A stretch of DNA of 64,000 nucleotides from Acidobacteriota bacterium (GTDB lineage Bacteria; Acidobacteriota; Thermoanaerobaculia; UBA5066; Gp7-AA6): assembly GCA_050257975.1 (NCBI GenBank), contig JBLMXY010000024.1:15844-79843 (forward strand), read 5' to 3'. The notes beneath the pieces are model-generated. The model did not search any database and was not told where the DNA came from. It saw only the letters and a list, made by a program, of their open reading frames with translations. A program made the translations under genes and the position numbers. Position 1 is the first letter of the stretch. Every line of letters starts with the position of its first letter. Below are positions 19,788 to 28,947 of the stretch, piece by piece.

Positions 19788-20923
19788 CAGATCTCCCGGC
19801 GAAAGAGCACCCGCGTCAAGACGCCGCACACCAGCGCGAAGGTCAGCAGGAACACCCAGTCCGCGTAGACCGTGGACGGCGGGCTGCCCCGCAGCAAGAG
19901 ATCGCGAAGGGCGTTCAGGCCGTAGGTCAGCGGATCGATCCGAGAGATCGCCTGCAGCCACCGAGGGTAGGACTCGACGGGATAGAGCGCGCCGGACGGG
20001 AAGAAGAGCAGCGCGTTGATGATGCCGAACATGCCGCGGAGGATCGAGGCGCTGCGCGCGCGCGCGAAGAGCAGGAACCAGATCGCCGAGATCGCGAGCG
20101 ACGTCAGGAAGACCGTCGCCGCGCCCGCCGCCGCGGCGCGGCCGCCCGCTGCCGTGACCGGGGTCAGCAGCAGCACGGCCCCGAGCACGAGCATCCCCGC
20201 CAGAGAGGCGACCACCGTGCCCGCCAGCACGTTTCCCGTCACGAGGGCGCCCGTCGAGATCGGCGTGACGAGATACCCTTCGTGGTAGCCGTACATCCGG
20301 TCCTCCAGCACCTGAAGGCCCCCGGACACCATCGAGCCCATGAAGATCGACAGGCACACGACCGCCGGCCCCAGGTAGGTGAGGTAGTCGAGGTACGGAT
20401 ACGCCTCGAGCCGGACCGCCGCCTGGATCCCCTTGCTCTCCTCGCCGCGCGACACCTCGTCCCAGATCTGCCGCAGGGCGCCGTCGAGGGCGTCGAAGGA
20501 GAAGCGGTCGGTGTTGTCCCCGACGAACGCCGGCGCCGGCCCCTTCGGGGCGACGCGGAACGGGAGGATCCAGACCCCGCGATATCGGCCGCGCCGCAGC
20601 CCGCGCATCGCGTCGTCCCGGTCGGCGAGGAAGACCGCGTCCACCAGCTCCCGGCCCGTCTGGAGCGCCATGACGCCGCGGCGGCAGGAGGCGGAATACG
20701 CGTTTCCGGCCTCGTCCACCACGGCGAGCGGGATGTGGCGCAGCTGCCGGTTGAGCGAGTTGCCGAGGACGAGCAGGTAGACCAGCGGAAAGAGCATGGT
20801 CGAGATGATCAGGATCGGCTGACGCCAGAGGGTCAGGTACGCGCGCTGGCAGATCGCCGCGATTCCGAGCAGCGCCAGCCCGACCCCGCGCGCGGGCCGC
20901 GGCGGCCCGTCGGTCCGGCTCAT
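19787..20923 (-). CDS. ABC-2 type transporter permease
   Basis: 378 aa from the ATG at 20923 (ATGA overlap with the ATPase stop). It has an N-terminal TM segment, a large extracytoplasmic loop and 5 C-terminal TM segments. Confidence 0.85.
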   Translation of the reverse strand: MSRTDGPPRPARGVGLALLGIAAICQRAYLTLWRQPILIISTMLFPLVYLLVLGNSLNRQLRHIPLAVVDEAGNAYSASCRRGVMALQTGRELVDAVFLADRDDAMRGLRRGRYRGVWILPFRVAPKGPAPAFVGDNTDRFSFDALDGALRQIWDEVSRGEESKGIQAAVRLEAYPYLDYLTYLGPAVVCLSIFMGSMVSGGLQVLEDRMYGYHEGYLVTPISTGALVTGNVLAGTVVASLAGMLVLGAVLLLTPVTAAGGRAAAAGAATVFLTSLAISAIWFLLFARARSASILRGMFGIINALLFFPSGALYPVESYPRWLQAISRIDPLTYGLNALRDLLLRGSPPSTVYADWVFLLTFALVCGVLTRVLFRREI

Positions 20924-21957
20924 TCTCCGCGCAGCCCCCGTCCCGTGTAGGAGAAGAAGACGTCTTCGAGAGTCACCGGCGCGATCGTCAGGTGCCGGAC
21001 CCGGTGGCCCCGCTCCTCGAGCCGCTCCGCCGCGAGGCGCCCGACGCCCTCTCCAGGGCGGGACTGAAACTCGACGCCGTTGGCCGAGAGGACCCGCCAG
21101 TTGCGCGCGCCCAGGGCAAGGACCGCGTCGCGGTCCGCCGGCAGGAGCGCCCGCTCGGTCTCGATCTGCGTGCGCTCGCCCGTCTCGAGGGATCGCTTCA
21201 ACGCGGCGGGCGAGTCTTCGCACAGCAGGCGCCCCTGATCCAGGATCGCGACGCGGTCGCAGAGAACGTCGGCCTCGTCCATCGCGTGCGTCGTCAGGAT
21301 GATCGAGAGCTCTTCGTCGTCGGCCTTGAGCTCCCCCAGCATTTCCCAGATCGAGCGGCGGCTCTGCGGGTCGAGCCCGGTCGTGGGCTCGTCCAGGAAG
21401 AGCACGTGCGGAGAGTGGAGCACGCCGCGAGCGATCTCGAGCCGCCGCCGCATTCCGCCCGAAAGCCCCCGCGTGATCTGGCGCCGTCGCTCGGTCAGGC
21501 CGACCTGGGCCAGCCGGCGGTCGATCATGCGGCGCAAGCCCCGCCCCGACAGGCCGTACATCTTGCCCTGGACCGAGAGATTCTCCTCGACCGTGAGGTT
21601 CTCGTCCGTCGTGACGGCCTGGGACACGGTCCCGATCAACGCGCGCACGGCAGGCCGGTCCCGCACGATGTCGCGTCCCCGGATGCGGGCGGTGCCGGAA
21701 GTCGGCGGAAGCAGCGTCGTCAGCATCCGGATGAGGGTCGTCTTTCCCGCGCCGTTGGGGCCGAGGATTCCGTAGGTTTCGCCGACGGAGACGGAGAAGG
21801 AGACCGCGTCGTCGGCGGCGACCTCCTCGAACTTCTTGGTCAGCTTCTCGACCTCGATGGAGGCGGCCCGCCGCCGGGCGGCGGGCCGCGCCGTCTCGTC
21901 CAGGAAGGGGGGCGCGTCGAGGAGCGGTTCGAGGGAGCGGATCTCCCGCGCGGTCAA
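20920..21957 (-). CDS. ABC transporter ATP-binding protein
   Basis: Walker A GPNGAGKTT, signature LSGGMRRRL, Walker B VLFLDEPT. The proposed TTG start at 21957 overlaps the HlyD stop (TTGA). The long N-terminal part of track ORF 20920..22947 is a shadow frame. Confidence 0.88.
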   Translation of the reverse strand: MTAREIRSLEPLLDAPPFLDETARPAARRRAASIEVEKLTKKFEEVAADDAVSFSVSVGETYGILGPNGAGKTTLIRMLTTLLPPTSGTARIRGRDIVRDRPAVRALIGTVSQAVTTDENLTVEENLSVQGKMYGLSGRGLRRMIDRRLAQVGLTERRRQITRGLSGGMRRRLEIARGVLHSPHVLFLDEPTTGLDPQSRRSIWEMLGELKADDEELSIILTTHAMDEADVLCDRVAILDQGRLLCEDSPAALKRSLETGERTQIETERALLPADRDAVLALGARNWRVLSANGVEFQSRPGEGVGRLAAERLEERGHRVRHLTIAPVTLEDVFFSYTGRGLRGE

Positions 21958-22862
21958 CTCTTCCCCGCTTCGACGATGAAGGTCTGTCCGCTGATCACCG
22001 TGGCGCCCTGCGGGGCGAGGCGCACGGAGAAGGTCTTCAGATCGCGGCTCTGGAGCCCCCAGTTGCGCCGCGTCGCGTACTCCGAGCGAGGCTTGACCGA
22101 GACGATGCGTGCCGGGAAGCGCTCCTGCGGGCGGGCCTGCGGCCAGACATGAACGCTGCCCCCGATCGGGAACGTGGACAGGCGCTCCTCGGGGACCTCG
22201 ACGCGCAGATACGGCGCGCCGACCTGCAGCGTGACGATCGGCTGCCCGGCCTCGACCCACTCTCCCTCGCGGTGGTGCCGCGTCAAGACGGTGCCGGCCA
22301 CCGGCGAGAGGAGCGTGCCCTGGTTCTCGAACTCCCTGACCTTGGCGACCCGCACCTTGAGGGTATCGTCCTGCGCCTCGAGCTGCCGCTTCTCGGTCTC
22401 GAGCGCCCGGATCCCCGCCTCGGTCGCCTCGCGCCGGTGGCGCAGGGACTCGAGGTCGGCCGCGGGCGCGATCCCATCGCGCACCAGGCGCGCCATTCGC
22501 TTCTCGTCGCTCACGATCTGGGCGAGCTCCGCCTTGGCCTTCTCCACGTTCTGGCGCCGGGTCAGCTCGCGGGCCATGATCTCGGCCCTCTGTCGCTGAT
22601 AGTCGGCCGCGTCCTCGGCGAGGCCCGGTTGCTCGACCCGGGCGACGACGTCCGCGCGAGCAACCGCCTCCCCTTCGTCGGGAACGCGGGTCAGGATGCG
22701 GCCCGCGCGAGACAGGGAGAGATCGAGCGTCTGGTCCTCGGCGATCGCGAGCAGCCGCACCCGGAGCCCGCTGTCGTCTTCCTGGCGGACCAGGGCGCCG
22801 TATCCCCAGGCCCCTGCCACCGCGATCACGATCGCCACCCCGACCCAGGCCGCCCTTCTCAT
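21954..22862 (-). CDS. HlyD-family membrane fusion protein
   Basis: 302 aa with an N-terminal TM segment, coiled-coil hairpin and beta-barrel C-domain. It is the first gene of the exporter operon. Confidence 0.85.
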   Translation of the reverse strand: MRRAAWVGVAIVIAVAGAWGYGALVRQEDDSGLRVRLLAIAEDQTLDLSLSRAGRILTRVPDEGEAVARADVVARVEQPGLAEDAADYQRQRAEIMARELTRRQNVEKAKAELAQIVSDEKRMARLVRDGIAPAADLESLRHRREATEAGIRALETEKRQLEAQDDTLKVRVAKVREFENQGTLLSPVAGTVLTRHHREGEWVEAGQPIVTLQVGAPYLRVEVPEERLSTFPIGGSVHVWPQARPQERFPARIVSVKPRSEYATRRNWGLQSRDLKTFSVRLAPQGATVISGQTFIVEAGKS

Positions 22863-22946
22863 TGAAGCCTTTCGCCAGCACAGATCTTAGCGCCAATCGA
22901 GCGCAAGGGATCGGTGCCCCCGAAGACCCGGGGTTAGACTCCGCCA

Positions 22947-23432
22947 ATGGACGGCCCTCTGGTCGGCATCATCATGGGCAGCAAGTCGGACTGGGAGACG
23001 ATGCGCCACGCCTCCGAGACGCTGCTGCAGTTCGGGGTCTCCCACGAGTGCCGCATCGTTTCGGCCCACCGGACCCCCGGCTGGATGACGGAATACGCGT
23101 CTCGAGCGGCGGAGCGGGGCCTCGAGGTGCTCATCGCCGGGGCCGGGGGCGCCGCGCACCTGCCCGGCATGACCGCCGCGCACACGACGCTTCCGGTTCT
23201 CGGCGTGCCCGTCGAGAGCGCGGCGTTGAAAGGGCTCGACTCGCTGCTTTCGATCGTCCAGATGCCGGGCGGGGTTCCCGTGGCCACCTTCGCCATCGGC
23301 AAGGCCGGCGCCACCAATGCCGCCCTCTTCGCCGTCTCGATCCTCGCCGCCAAGCGGCCGGATCTGGCCGACCGCCTGCGCCGCTTCCGCGAGGAGCAGA
23401 CGCAGAAGGTGCTGGGAGAAACCCTGCCTTGA
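22947..23432 (+). CDS. purE: N5-carboxyaminoimidazole ribonucleotide mutase
   Basis: 161 aa with [15 protein letters not shown] and [10 protein letters not shown]. Confidence 0.95.
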   Translation: MDGPLVGIIMGSKSDWETMRHASETLLQFGVSHECRIVSAHRTPGWMTEYASRAAERGLEVLIAGAGGAAHLPGMTAAHTTLPVLGVPVESAALKGLDSLLSIVQMPGGVPVATFAIGKAGATNAALFAVSILAAKRPDLADRLRRFREEQTQKVLGETLP

Positions 23433-24571
23433 CGGCGGCCGTGCTCCCGGGCGGCACGGTCGGCGTGCTCGGGAGCGGGCAACTCGGGCGCATGTTCGCG
23501 ATCGCGGCGCGCCGCATGGGCTATCGCGTCCACACCTATTCGCCCGAGTACGACACGCCCACCGGCCAGGTGGCCGACGTCGAGGTGGCGGCGCCGTACG
23601 AGGATCTGGCCGCCGTCCGCGATTTCGCGCGCAACGTCGACGTCGTGACCTTCGAGTTCGAGAACGTGCCGGCGGCGGCGGTGGACGCGGCGGCGCAGCG
23701 GGCGCCGGTGCGTCCCGACGGCTCGATCCTCCACACGACGCAGCATCGCCTCCGCGAGAAGACGTTCCTCGCGAAGGCGGGCTTCCCGGTCACTTCCTTC
23801 GCCGAGGTCCGCTCGCCGGCGGATCTCGACCTCGCGCTCGGCCGGATCGGCTACCCGGCGGTCCTGAAGGCTTCCACGATGAGCTACGACGGCAAGGGGC
23901 AATCGCGGATCGACGCGCCCGGGGACGCCGCGAAGGCCTGGGAGACGCTCGCCGGCCGCGAGGCGATCCTCGAGGGGTTCGTGCCCTTCGAGAGGGAGGC
24001 CTCCGTCGTCGTCGCGCGCTCGCTCGATGGCCGGCTCGCCGATTTCGGCCTGATCGAGAACACCCACACGCGCCACATCCTCGACTACTCGGTCGCCACG
24101 GGCGACCCGGACGCCCCGGCCGCGCGCGAGGCGGTGCGGCTGGCCCGCGCCGTCGCCGAGGCGCTCGGCGTCGTCGGCGTCCTCTGCGTCGAGCTCTTCG
24201 TGGCGCCGGAAGGCAGGCTCCTGATCAACGAGCTCGCACCGCGCCCGCACAACTCGGGCCATTTGACCGTGGACGCCTGCGTGACGAGCCAGTTCGAGCA
24301 GCAGCTCCGGGCGGTATGCGGCCTTCCGCTCGGCTCGACGCGATACCTCCAGGCCGCGGCGATGGCGAATCTCCTGGGCGATCTCTGGGAGAAAGGCGAG
24401 CCCGCCTGGCCGGCCGTTTGTGCCTTTCCCGACGTGAAGCTGCACCTCTACGGCAAGAGCGAGGCGCGGCCGCGCCGGAAGATGGGCCACCTGACGGCGT
24501 TGGCCGACTCGGCGCACCAGGCGCTGGCGCGCGTGCTCGCCGCGCGCGAGGCTCTGACGCCGCCGGCGTGA
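23429..24571 (+). CDS. purK: N5-carboxyaminoimidazole ribonucleotide synthase (ATP-grasp)
   Basis: A TTG at 23429 overlaps the purE stop (TTGA); the alternative GTG is at 23441. It has [12 protein letters not shown], an ATP-grasp core and the C-terminal KMGHLT motif. Confidence 0.9.
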   Translation: MTAAVLPGGTVGVLGSGQLGRMFAIAARRMGYRVHTYSPEYDTPTGQVADVEVAAPYEDLAAVRDFARNVDVVTFEFENVPAAAVDAAAQRAPVRPDGSILHTTQHRLREKTFLAKAGFPVTSFAEVRSPADLDLALGRIGYPAVLKASTMSYDGKGQSRIDAPGDAAKAWETLAGREAILEGFVPFEREASVVVARSLDGRLADFGLIENTHTRHILDYSVATGDPDAPAAREAVRLARAVAEALGVVGVLCVELFVAPEGRLLINELAPRPHNSGHLTVDACVTSQFEQQLRAVCGLPLGSTRYLQAAAMANLLGDLWEKGEPAWPAVCAFPDVKLHLYGKSEARPRRKMGHLTALADSAHQALARVLAAREALTPPA

Positions 24572-24699
24572 TCCCCGCCGCTCGGCATGCGGGTCATCTT
24601 CGGAGCGAGTCCCGAGCGACGGCGAGTGAACCCGGACCCGGCAGGCCTCGAGCCGGCCGGCAACCGGGATCCGCCGCCCCGCTCAGGACGATGCCCGGA

Positions 24700-25377
24700 T
24701 CACAGGCGAGCCCGCCCTCCCTCGCGCGATCGTCCGGAGCCGTTCCCCGGCCGCGCAGGCCTGGCCATCTTCCGACGGGCCTGTTTCGCGCGGGCGGCGC
24801 CGATCGCGGTCTTGACGTCCTTCTTTTCCTCGGGCGGGGGAAGGACCGCGGGCATGCCCAGGGACTCGATCCAGAGCTCCCGGCACCATCCGGTCGTGTG
24901 GTACAGGTGCTCGTCCTCTTCGTCCTCGACCTGCCCATGCGCCTCCTCGAGGGGGTCCTTCTCCTCGCCCTTCGACTTCTTCGCGCACTCGCCGATCAGC
25001 TCCCAGTTCAGGTGATCCTTGGTTTCGGCCAGGACGACGCACTCCGCCGCCACGACCTGCGCCGCGTCCGGGCCGCCGGCGTCGCGCGCCATCTTCATCG
25101 CCGCGACCAGCGACTCGCCGATGTGGCGAACGACGGCTCGTCCCGGCGTCTCCCGCTTCGGATCGAGACCCCTCGCCTGAAGGATTTCGCGCACGATCTC
25201 GACGTGTCTCTGGGTCTGGTCCAGATACTCCTCCCACTCCTTCTTCAGATCCGGATTGACCGCGCAAGAGACCGCGGTCCGATAGATCTGGACGCCGCCC
25301 AACTCCGTTTCGAGCGCCTGGTACAGGAGCTCGTTCAACTGCCTTTTGTCCGGGCCGCCGTTCTTCTCAGCTTTCAT
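24700..25377 (-). CDS. Ferritin-like domain protein
   Basis: 225 aa, helical, with LYQALETELGGVQIYR...EWEEYLDQTQRHVEIV. GGAGGTG lies 7 nt upstream of the ATG. Confidence 0.75.
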   Translation of the reverse strand: MKAEKNGGPDKRQLNELLYQALETELGGVQIYRTAVSCAVNPDLKKEWEEYLDQTQRHVEIVREILQARGLDPKRETPGRAVVRHIGESLVAAMKMARDAGGPDAAQVVAAECVVLAETKDHLNWELIGECAKKSKGEEKDPLEEAHGQVEDEEDEHLYHTTGWCRELWIESLGMPAVLPPPEEKKDVKTAIGAARAKQARRKMARPARPGNGSGRSREGGRARL

Positions 25378-25401
25378 CGCGACACCTCCGCGCGGCGACG
25401 T

Positions 25402-25417
25402 TGCACTCCCCGTGCCA
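25402..25417 (-). promoter_or_regulatory. sigma54-type -24/-12 promoter candidate (ferritin-like gene)
   Basis: The minus strand reads TGGCACGGGGAGTGCA (GG-N10-GC). It ends 24 nt upstream of the ATG at 25377. Confidence 0.65.
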
Positions 25418-25507
25418 TCGCGACGGCGCGCTCCGCGAGCCTCTCGATCCGTGGCCGGAAGGGCCGCGGATCGGCCTCGAGCGGGCGCGGGGCCGCCCCG
25501 CGCGCCG

Positions 25508-25726
25508 TCACTTCCTCTTGCGAGATCCGCTCGACCGCTTCGGCACCTTGGCGCCGGATCGTCGCGCCTCGGAAAGACCGATCGCGATCGCCTGCTTGCG
25601 GCTCGTCACTTTCTTGCCGGACCGGCCGGAGCGAAGCGTGCCGCGCTTTCGCTCGCGCATCGCCCTCTCCACCTTCTCTTGCGCCTTCGGGCCGTAACGG
25701 CGCCTGCCCGATTTCGTCCTTGCCAT
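25508..25726 (-). CDS. DUF6496-like small basic protein
   Basis: MARTKSGRRRYGPKAQEKVERAMRERKRGTLRSGRSGKKVTSRKQAIAIGLSEARRSGAKVP. AGGAGG precedes it. The alternative ATG is at 25732. Confidence 0.7.
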   Translation of the reverse strand: MARTKSGRRRYGPKAQEKVERAMRERKRGTLRSGRSGKKVTSRKQAIAIGLSEARRSGAKVPKRSSGSRKRK

Positions 25727-25751
25727 GTCCATGCCTCCTTCGCGAAACTCG

Positions 25752-25767
25752 TGCAAGAGACGCGCCG
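25752..25767 (-). promoter_or_regulatory. sigma54-type promoter candidate (DUF6496 gene)
   Basis: The minus strand reads CGGCGCGTCTCTTGCA. It lies 19-25 nt upstream of the two candidate ATGs. Confidence 0.5.
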
Positions 25768-25851
25768 CGGTAGCGAGCCGCCGCGCGGCCCCCTGAAGGC
25801 AAGGAGCCTCCGGCGGGCCGTGGCTCACCGGAGCTGCCCTGCTCGACGCGA

Positions 25852-26094
25852 CTACTCGGCCTCCCGGCTTCCCGACGGGCCGCTGCCGCGCGAGGGCTCG
25901 TTCTGGCCGCTCTCCTCGCGGCCCGATGGCATGCCCGTGCCGCGCCCGGAACCGGGCTCTCGAGAGCCGGGCGCTTGACCCTCGCGTCCGTACTTGTCCC
26001 TCTCCCGCTCCTCCGACGGCTCGGTCGTTCCCGGCTTCCTGTCGCGGGGGTCTTCGCGTCTGATGTCCCGATCGCGATCCTCGAAATTCGGCAT
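25852..26094 (-). CDS. Small hydrophilic, low-complexity (hydrophilin-like) protein, paralogue 1
   Basis: 80 aa, MPNFEDRDRDIRREDPRDRKPGTTEPSEERERDKYGREGQAPGSREPGSG..., from the ATG at 26094. A paralogue lies at 45671..45922. Confidence 0.6.
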   Translation of the reverse strand: MPNFEDRDRDIRREDPRDRKPGTTEPSEERERDKYGREGQAPGSREPGSGRGTGMPSGREESGQNEPSRGSGPSGSREAE

Positions 26095-26145
26095 GGGTAT
26101 TCCCTTTTCCCGTCTGCCGGGCGTGATTGCCCGACTCTTCGCGAG

Positions 26146-26161
26146 CGCAGAATCCATGCCG
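26146..26161 (-). promoter_or_regulatory. sigma54-type promoter candidate (hydrophilin 1)
   Basis: The minus strand reads CGGCATGGATTCTGCG. It is near-identical to the site in front of the paralogue (GGGCATGGATCCTGCA) and lies 51 nt upstream of the ATG. Confidence 0.45.
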
Positions 26162-26182
26162 TTGCTTGCCCGCGGCCGTGCC

Positions 26183-26198
26183 TGGCAGCCGAATTGCT
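26183..26198 (+). promoter_or_regulatory. sigma54-type promoter candidate (ku)
   Basis: TGGCAGCCGAATTGCT, 31 nt upstream of the ku ATG. It is divergent from the site at 26146-26161. Confidence 0.65.
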
Positions 26199-26229
26199 GC
26201 TCGATTCCGATGGAAGAACAGGAGGTCTC

Positions 26230-27057
26230 ATGCGCCCCATGTGGAGCGGACACATTGCCTTCGGGTTGATCTCGATTCCCATCTCGCTAACCTCGGCGAT
26301 CGAGGCGTCCGAAAGAATCTCTTTTCGCCTGCTGCATCGCAAAGACCGCGCGCCGATCAAGTTCAAGAAGTTCTGCAGCAAGGAGAACGTGGAGGTCGAC
26401 AACGACGAGATCGTGCGGGGCTTTCAGACCGCGAAGGGCCGATTCGCCCTGGTCGAGAAGGAAGAGCTCGAGAAGGCCGCGGAGGAGGCGATCGGAGAGG
26501 ACGAGGAGGGAGCCGTGCAGGTGCTCGAATTCGTCCCGGCCGAGTCGCTCGATCCGGTCTCTCTCGACCACCCGTACTTCGTGCTGCCGCGCAAGGGAGG
26601 CGAGCGCGCGTACGCGGTCCTTCGGGCCGCGCTCTCCGAGTCCGACCGCGTGGGCGTGGCGCGGCTGCCGCTGCGCGGCCGCCCGACGCTGGCGGCGCTG
26701 CTTCCCGAACCCCGCGTGATCGCTCTGGTCACCCTGCGCCCCTTCGAGGAGCTGCGCGATCCGCAGGAGCTGTCCCTGCCCGCCTCCCGCGTCAATGCGG
26801 GCGAGGTCAAGATGGCGAAGCTCTTGATCGATCAGCTCTCTTCGGAAGGCTGGAAGCCCGCCGAACACCCCAGCGCCTACCACCGCGCCCTGCGCAGGCT
26901 CCTCTCGGCGAAGACTCCTTTCGACCTGAAGGCGGTGGCGCCGGAAAAGAAGGAGAAGGAGAACGTGATCGACCTGATGTCGGCGCTGCGTCAGAGCCTG
27001 GATCGGGCCAGGGAAAAGCCGCGGCGGGCCGCTTCGCGCCGGCGCGGCGCAGCGTGA
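26230..27057 (+). CDS. ku: Non-homologous end joining protein Ku
   Basis: 275 aa from the ATG at 26230 (GGAGG at 26221). It reads MRPMWSGHIAFGLISIPISL...FRLLHRKDRAPIKFKKFC, a typical bacterial Ku core with a basic C-terminal tail. Confidence 0.93.
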   Translation: MRPMWSGHIAFGLISIPISLTSAIEASERISFRLLHRKDRAPIKFKKFCSKENVEVDNDEIVRGFQTAKGRFALVEKEELEKAAEEAIGEDEEGAVQVLEFVPAESLDPVSLDHPYFVLPRKGGERAYAVLRAALSESDRVGVARLPLRGRPTLAALLPEPRVIALVTLRPFEELRDPQELSLPASRVNAGEVKMAKLLIDQLSSEGWKPAEHPSAYHRALRRLLSAKTPFDLKAVAPEKKEKENVIDLMSALRQSLDRAREKPRRAASRRRGAA

Positions 27058-27071
27058 CCCCGGACGCCCCT

Positions 27072-27227
27072 TCAGGCGCTGAGCCTTCTCAACCCCGCGA
27101 TCAGGAAGAGCGAAGACACCGCCGCCGAAAGAGTGGCGAGCCAGCCAGCCAGCGGGCCCGCCGTCAAGAGACCCAGTGCCGCCAGCAGGACGGCAGCGGC
27201 GAAGAAGGCGAGCGAAACTCGAAACAT
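27072..27227 (-). CDS. Small membrane protein (51 aa, below ORF-track cutoff)
   Basis: MFRVSLAFFAAAVLLAALGLLTAGPLAGWLATLSAAVSSLFLIAGLRRLSA has two TM helices. GGAGG lies 7 nt upstream. Confidence 0.5.
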   Translation of the reverse strand: MFRVSLAFFAAAVLLAALGLLTAGPLAGWLATLSAAVSSLFLIAGLRRLSA

Positions 27228-27256
27228 TGCGGCCTCCGTTCGTTCGGAATCGATCT

Positions 27257-27272
27257 TGCGAAAGACATGCCC
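27257..27272 (-). promoter_or_regulatory. sigma54-type promoter candidate (small membrane protein)
   Basis: The minus strand reads GGGCATGTCTTTCGCA, 29 nt upstream of the ATG at 27227. Confidence 0.45.
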
Positions 27273-27424
27273 GGCTGCGAACCGCTCACCGGCCCTTCCC
27301 GCCTCGCCGGCGCCAGGCCGCGGAGGGAGGGCGTCGAAACTCGCGCACGGCCAGGCGCGCCCCGGGCGCCTCGCGCGAGAAGCCGTCCCCGCCGAGCGCG
27401 TCCGGGACGACCCGGCTCCGTGAC

Positions 27425-28168
27425 TCAGGAAGCGAGCAGTGCGTCGATTTCCGGCAGGGAGATCTCGGCGCGCTCCGCGATCGCCAGGTCGACGCCGTCC
27501 GATGCGCCGGTCGCCTCGGGGTTGATCTCCGCGGTGAAGGCGCCGCGTCGGCGCGCCTCCGCGAAGAAGCCCGCCGCGGGATAGACGACCGAGGAGGTTC
27601 CCACCAGGAGGCACACGTCGCAGTCGAGCGCCGCGAGGGACCGCCGGAAGACCTCGGGGTCGATCGCCTCGCCGAACCAGACGACCCCGGGGCGCAGGAG
27701 CCCGCCGCAGTGCGGGCAGCGCGGCGGCATCTCCGGAAACGGCATGCGCTCGTCGCTCCACCGCACGGGCGACTTCTCGCAGGACTCCCAGCAGCCCACC
27801 TCCCAGAGGGAGCCGTGGAAGCGGATGACGCCGGAGGTTCCGGCGCGCTCGTGCAGGCCGTCCACGTTCTGCGTGATGAGCGCGAACCCCGGGAACCGGC
27901 GGCTCCAGGCCGCCAGCACCTCGTGGGCGCGGTTGGGCCGCGCGCGGGCCACGAGCTCGCGGCGCCAGGCGTACCACTCCCAGACGGTCCCGGGATTTCT
28001 CGCGAACGCTTCGGGGGTCGCGAGCTCTTCCGGGCGGAAGTCCTTCCAGAGACCGCCGGCGCCGCGGAAGGTCGGAATGCCGCTCGCGGCCGAAACGCCC
28101 GCGCCGGTGAGCACGGTGACGCGGCGGGCGCCGCGCAGGCGGGCCGCGAGCCGCTCGGCGGGCTTCAC
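27425..28168 (-). CDS. cobB: NAD-dependent protein deacylase (sirtuin, CobB/Sir2 family)
   Basis: A GTG at 28168 overlaps the GNAT stop (GTGA). It has GAGVSAASGIPTFRG, TQNVDGLH and the zinc ribbon CxxC...CPHCGG. Confidence 0.9.
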   Translation of the reverse strand: MKPAERLAARLRGARRVTVLTGAGVSAASGIPTFRGAGGLWKDFRPEELATPEAFARNPGTVWEWYAWRRELVARARPNRAHEVLAAWSRRFPGFALITQNVDGLHERAGTSGVIRFHGSLWEVGCWESCEKSPVRWSDERMPFPEMPPRCPHCGGLLRPGVVWFGEAIDPEVFRRSLAALDCDVCLLVGTSSVVYPAAGFFAEARRRGAFTAEINPEATGASDGVDLAIAERAEISLPEIDALLAS

Positions 28169-28884
28169 GGCTCGGCGCGCCGGAAGACGGCCAGCTCGTC
28201 CACCGGGGCAAACCCCAGGCTCTTCGCCATCGTCCGCGAGGCCACGTTCTCCTCGAGCGCGCCCCACACCGGCTCCTTGCCGTGGCGGCTCATGTGCTCG
28301 ATCAGGAACTCGCAGCACGCCCTGGCGAGGCCCTTGCCCCGATGCGCCTCGAGAGTGTCGATCGAGATGTCCCAGAGCCCCTCGGTCTCGTAGACGGCGT
28401 AGCAGAAGGAGACCGGCCGTTGCTCGACGAAGGCGGCGGCCACGTGCGAAAAGCCGAGCGCGGTCGAGATCTCCTCCCGAAGCGGCTCGGGCACGTGCGA
28501 GAGCGACGCGGCGTCGCGCCCGGAGAGCATCTCGACGCGCGCGGTCGAAGAGTCGGACGGGCCCGCGGAAACTCCTCCGCCTCTGCGCGAATGAATCACC
28601 GCCCGCGCGCGGGTCCAGCCCGGGAGCGCCGCGGCGAGGCTTTCGCTGGCGTCCGCCGCGCAGAGAACCGCGGTTGCGCCGAACCGCCGGGCGGCCGCTT
28701 CGAGCCCGGGCAAGGCCGGGTTGCCGGACACGCAGATGAGGCCGAAGTCCGTGCCGCGGGCGATGAAGTCGACCGGACCGGGTCCCGGCGCCTCCAGCAA
28801 CTCGGATCGGCCCGAGAGCAGCATCCCGCGCGTCTCGACCAGCCGCGGCAGATCCGGAAGCAGGGCCGCGAGCTTCGAGAGCAT
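28165..28884 (-). CDS. GNAT-family N-acetyltransferase
   Basis: 239 aa from the ATG at 28884. The C-terminal GNAT core reads HRGKGLARACCEFLIEHMSRHGKEPVWGALEENVASRTMAKSLGF. Confidence 0.8.
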   Translation of the reverse strand: MLSKLAALLPDLPRLVETRGMLLSGRSELLEAPGPGPVDFIARGTDFGLICVSGNPALPGLEAAARRFGATAVLCAADASESLAAALPGWTRARAVIHSRRGGGVSAGPSDSSTARVEMLSGRDAASLSHVPEPLREEISTALGFSHVAAAFVEQRPVSFCYAVYETEGLWDISIDTLEAHRGKGLARACCEFLIEHMSRHGKEPVWGALEENVASRTMAKSLGFAPVDELAVFRRAEP

Positions 28885-28947
28885 CCCTCGATTCTCTCGC
28901 AACGTCGCGTTGACCCCGCAGGCGGGGCGGGAATACGCTGCCCGGAC

